DNA of 64,000 nt from Botryllus schlosseri (taxonomy: Eukaryota). The position numbers and the translations under genes were made by a program. Numbering within the stretch: position 1 is the stretch's first letter; each line of letters starts with the position of its first letter. The stretch lies in the NCBI GenBank assembly GCA_051294905.1, contig CM119371.1, positions 28,460,001 to 28,524,000 of the forward strand, read 5' to 3'. Shown here in pieces: positions 61,942 to 64,000 of this stretch. The notes beneath the pieces are model-generated. The model saw nothing but the letters and a program-made list of their open reading frames with translations. It did not search any database and was not told the DNA's origin.

Positions 61942-64000
61942 CAGTGTGTCTTGCGTATCATATCGTACGGTTTGTGTCTTGAGCAGATATAAATATAAAC
62001 GTCTATGACCATTTTAATGAAGTTTGACTCTCGTAATAATGCTTTCGATGTCACAATTAACGCAAGGTAAATTGTGTATTCGATAAAAACTGGCGTCCTT
62101 ACTTAAATACTTATGATTGTATGCATAACGAGGAGGGATAGGTATCAAGACATAACGATTGCCTGAGTTATTTTTCTCGCTGACTTTAGTGACAAATTGT
62201 GTAGTTACCGCCGCCATCAAAATTACGGGAGGGAGATCTCCCGAATATTCTGCTTCAGTCGAATATTCTACTGTGTTCCCATCGACCGATCTCGCATAGA
62301 AATGGCTACGTTGCATAAGTGTATCTGTTTACACTTCCTATAATATGCCAGGTAGTAAAAATGACGCACAAAACGCTAAAATGAAATTCCACCACGACGC
62401 GGTCACTATAACGCATGAATTTTATTGAGAATTTTCCTAATTTACTGCGTTTAGTACAAATTTGATTGTCATTTTCAATCCAGTCATATTCATTCATTGA
62501 TTGTTTATTGCGACCATTGGTGTTCATAAATATATGGTTTTGCAGGTTTTCATCAAACGTCATATCGTCATCATTCAATCATAATATGAATATTTATTTG
62601 TAGACTCTTATGTAGGTATAGAACTTCAATATACAATTGAATAATACACTCAATTGAATATTTATTTGTCTTGTATACGGGCAACATGGGTGTATTTATT
62701 AACTTAACAATTGTTAGCAGCTGCTTTGGTATATTCCAAATATTTTCATTGACATCACTACATAGAAAACCTCGTCAATTTGATATTCGTTATTTCGTAT
62801 TGAATTTGTTATTCCTGGTGTCGACGCGATAAGCAATATGGGTGGAGAGAATTCAGCGCGTTCGAATATCCATCACAACATTACACTCCTATGACGTGTT
62901 GTACGTATAACATTCCAATGATTTAAATCCTCAAATCTCATGAAATAATATTTGCTCCTAACATTCAATAAATACCTTCGGTATGCACCCTGTCTATAAA
63001 CCGTGTTTGCTTATGCGTGCAAAGCAAAACTATAGCATGGTATCATACATACATGCATAACTTGTCACCTATTTACTTGAAAACTGTAAATCATGGCGGG
63101 TTCCACCTCTTGTAGTTGTAGCGGCATCCCCTGGCATGAAACAACGCTTGTACATAAATTAGATTGATAAAAATCTCGCAATAAATCGGTTTTCTCAGAC
63201 ATTCCCCGTGAAACATAATTACATATTTTATTTAGGCATGTTAGTATTATTACCTTTCAATGGTTTTAGAATGACTTCTACAAGACGTGCATCAAATTAT
63301 TCACCGTTGACCTATGCAATTTGATACTAGAGTATTGACAAGTAAGCACAACAAAAGCAACACATGCTTTCATCCGGGAAACTTTTAGGTTCAAATGTAT
63401 AGATTTATTTGTGTTGATCTGACAGTGTCATGTTCGACCTCGAGCTTATTTGGGAAGCTCATTGTCACGATAGCAATTTTCTTGTTTCTTGTCTCTCTTT
63501 CTTGTCTATTCTCTCAAAGTCCGTGAAAGTAACGCAAACATGACTTCGAATCCGTGATTCGTGTTCTGTGTTGAGAAGAGAAAATCCCACACCGCAATAG
63601 TTCAACGTACTCTATATGTATCGACAAAGAAGTATGCGGGATATCCAACCACGAGAACAACACGACTACAGCCTTTACGTGAAATTGGCTGAATAGATGC
63701 GTCAATTTATAAATAGACCGTTTGCATTGTTGGGGTTGCGATACGCTCCATAGCCTCGTTTGTAGCTCCTTCTCGATATATCTGCCAGAGTAATAATGTA
63801 ACTACATTGTCACGACTCTCGCAACACATTTTCGGTCAGTCATTGATGTCGACGGCTGAAAATAACGCTATACGTTCACCTTGGCTGCTCAGGATCATAC
63901 GTGTGGTACGTTTGCTCAAGTTATTTACAGCGTCAGGCGCCCCACAATTAGTAACCTCTGCTTATAGTACGATACGACTTCTAAATTTGGGTATTTATAG

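Overview
This is eukaryotic (metazoan) genomic DNA with GT-AG introns and dense DNA-transposon remnants. It is probably an invertebrate, possibly an ascidian; that assignment is inference. Five protein-coding loci are supported. Two are tandem C2H2 zinc-finger paralogs (2..844, 5'-truncated by the window; 7174..8394, 14 fingers). The others are an 8-exon minus-strand class I sirtuin (SIRT3-like, about 555 aa, 15575..25968), an ENL/AF9 YEATS gene with an intronless CDS (34583..37246, minus) and a 2-exon Maelstrom gene (HMG box + MAEL, 49284..52451, plus). Introns and intergenic DNA are filled with nested hAT-type non-autonomous elements, many with TIRs and 8-bp TSDs readable by eye. There are also a MULE-like element with a telomere-like core, a P-like MITE, tRNA-derived SINEs, LINE tails and a Penelope-like remnant. 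The main findings are: (1) recurrent TA-GGC-TA / TA-GCC-TA / TA-GGCC-TA micro-insertions, shown by paralog comparison and resembling excision footprints of an unidentified TA-targeting GGC...GCC element; (2) divergence of the ZNF paralogs concentrated at DNA-contacting helix residues; (3) an altered acyl-lysine pocket in the ENL/AF9 YEATS domain. All alignments were done by eye and no database searches were run.
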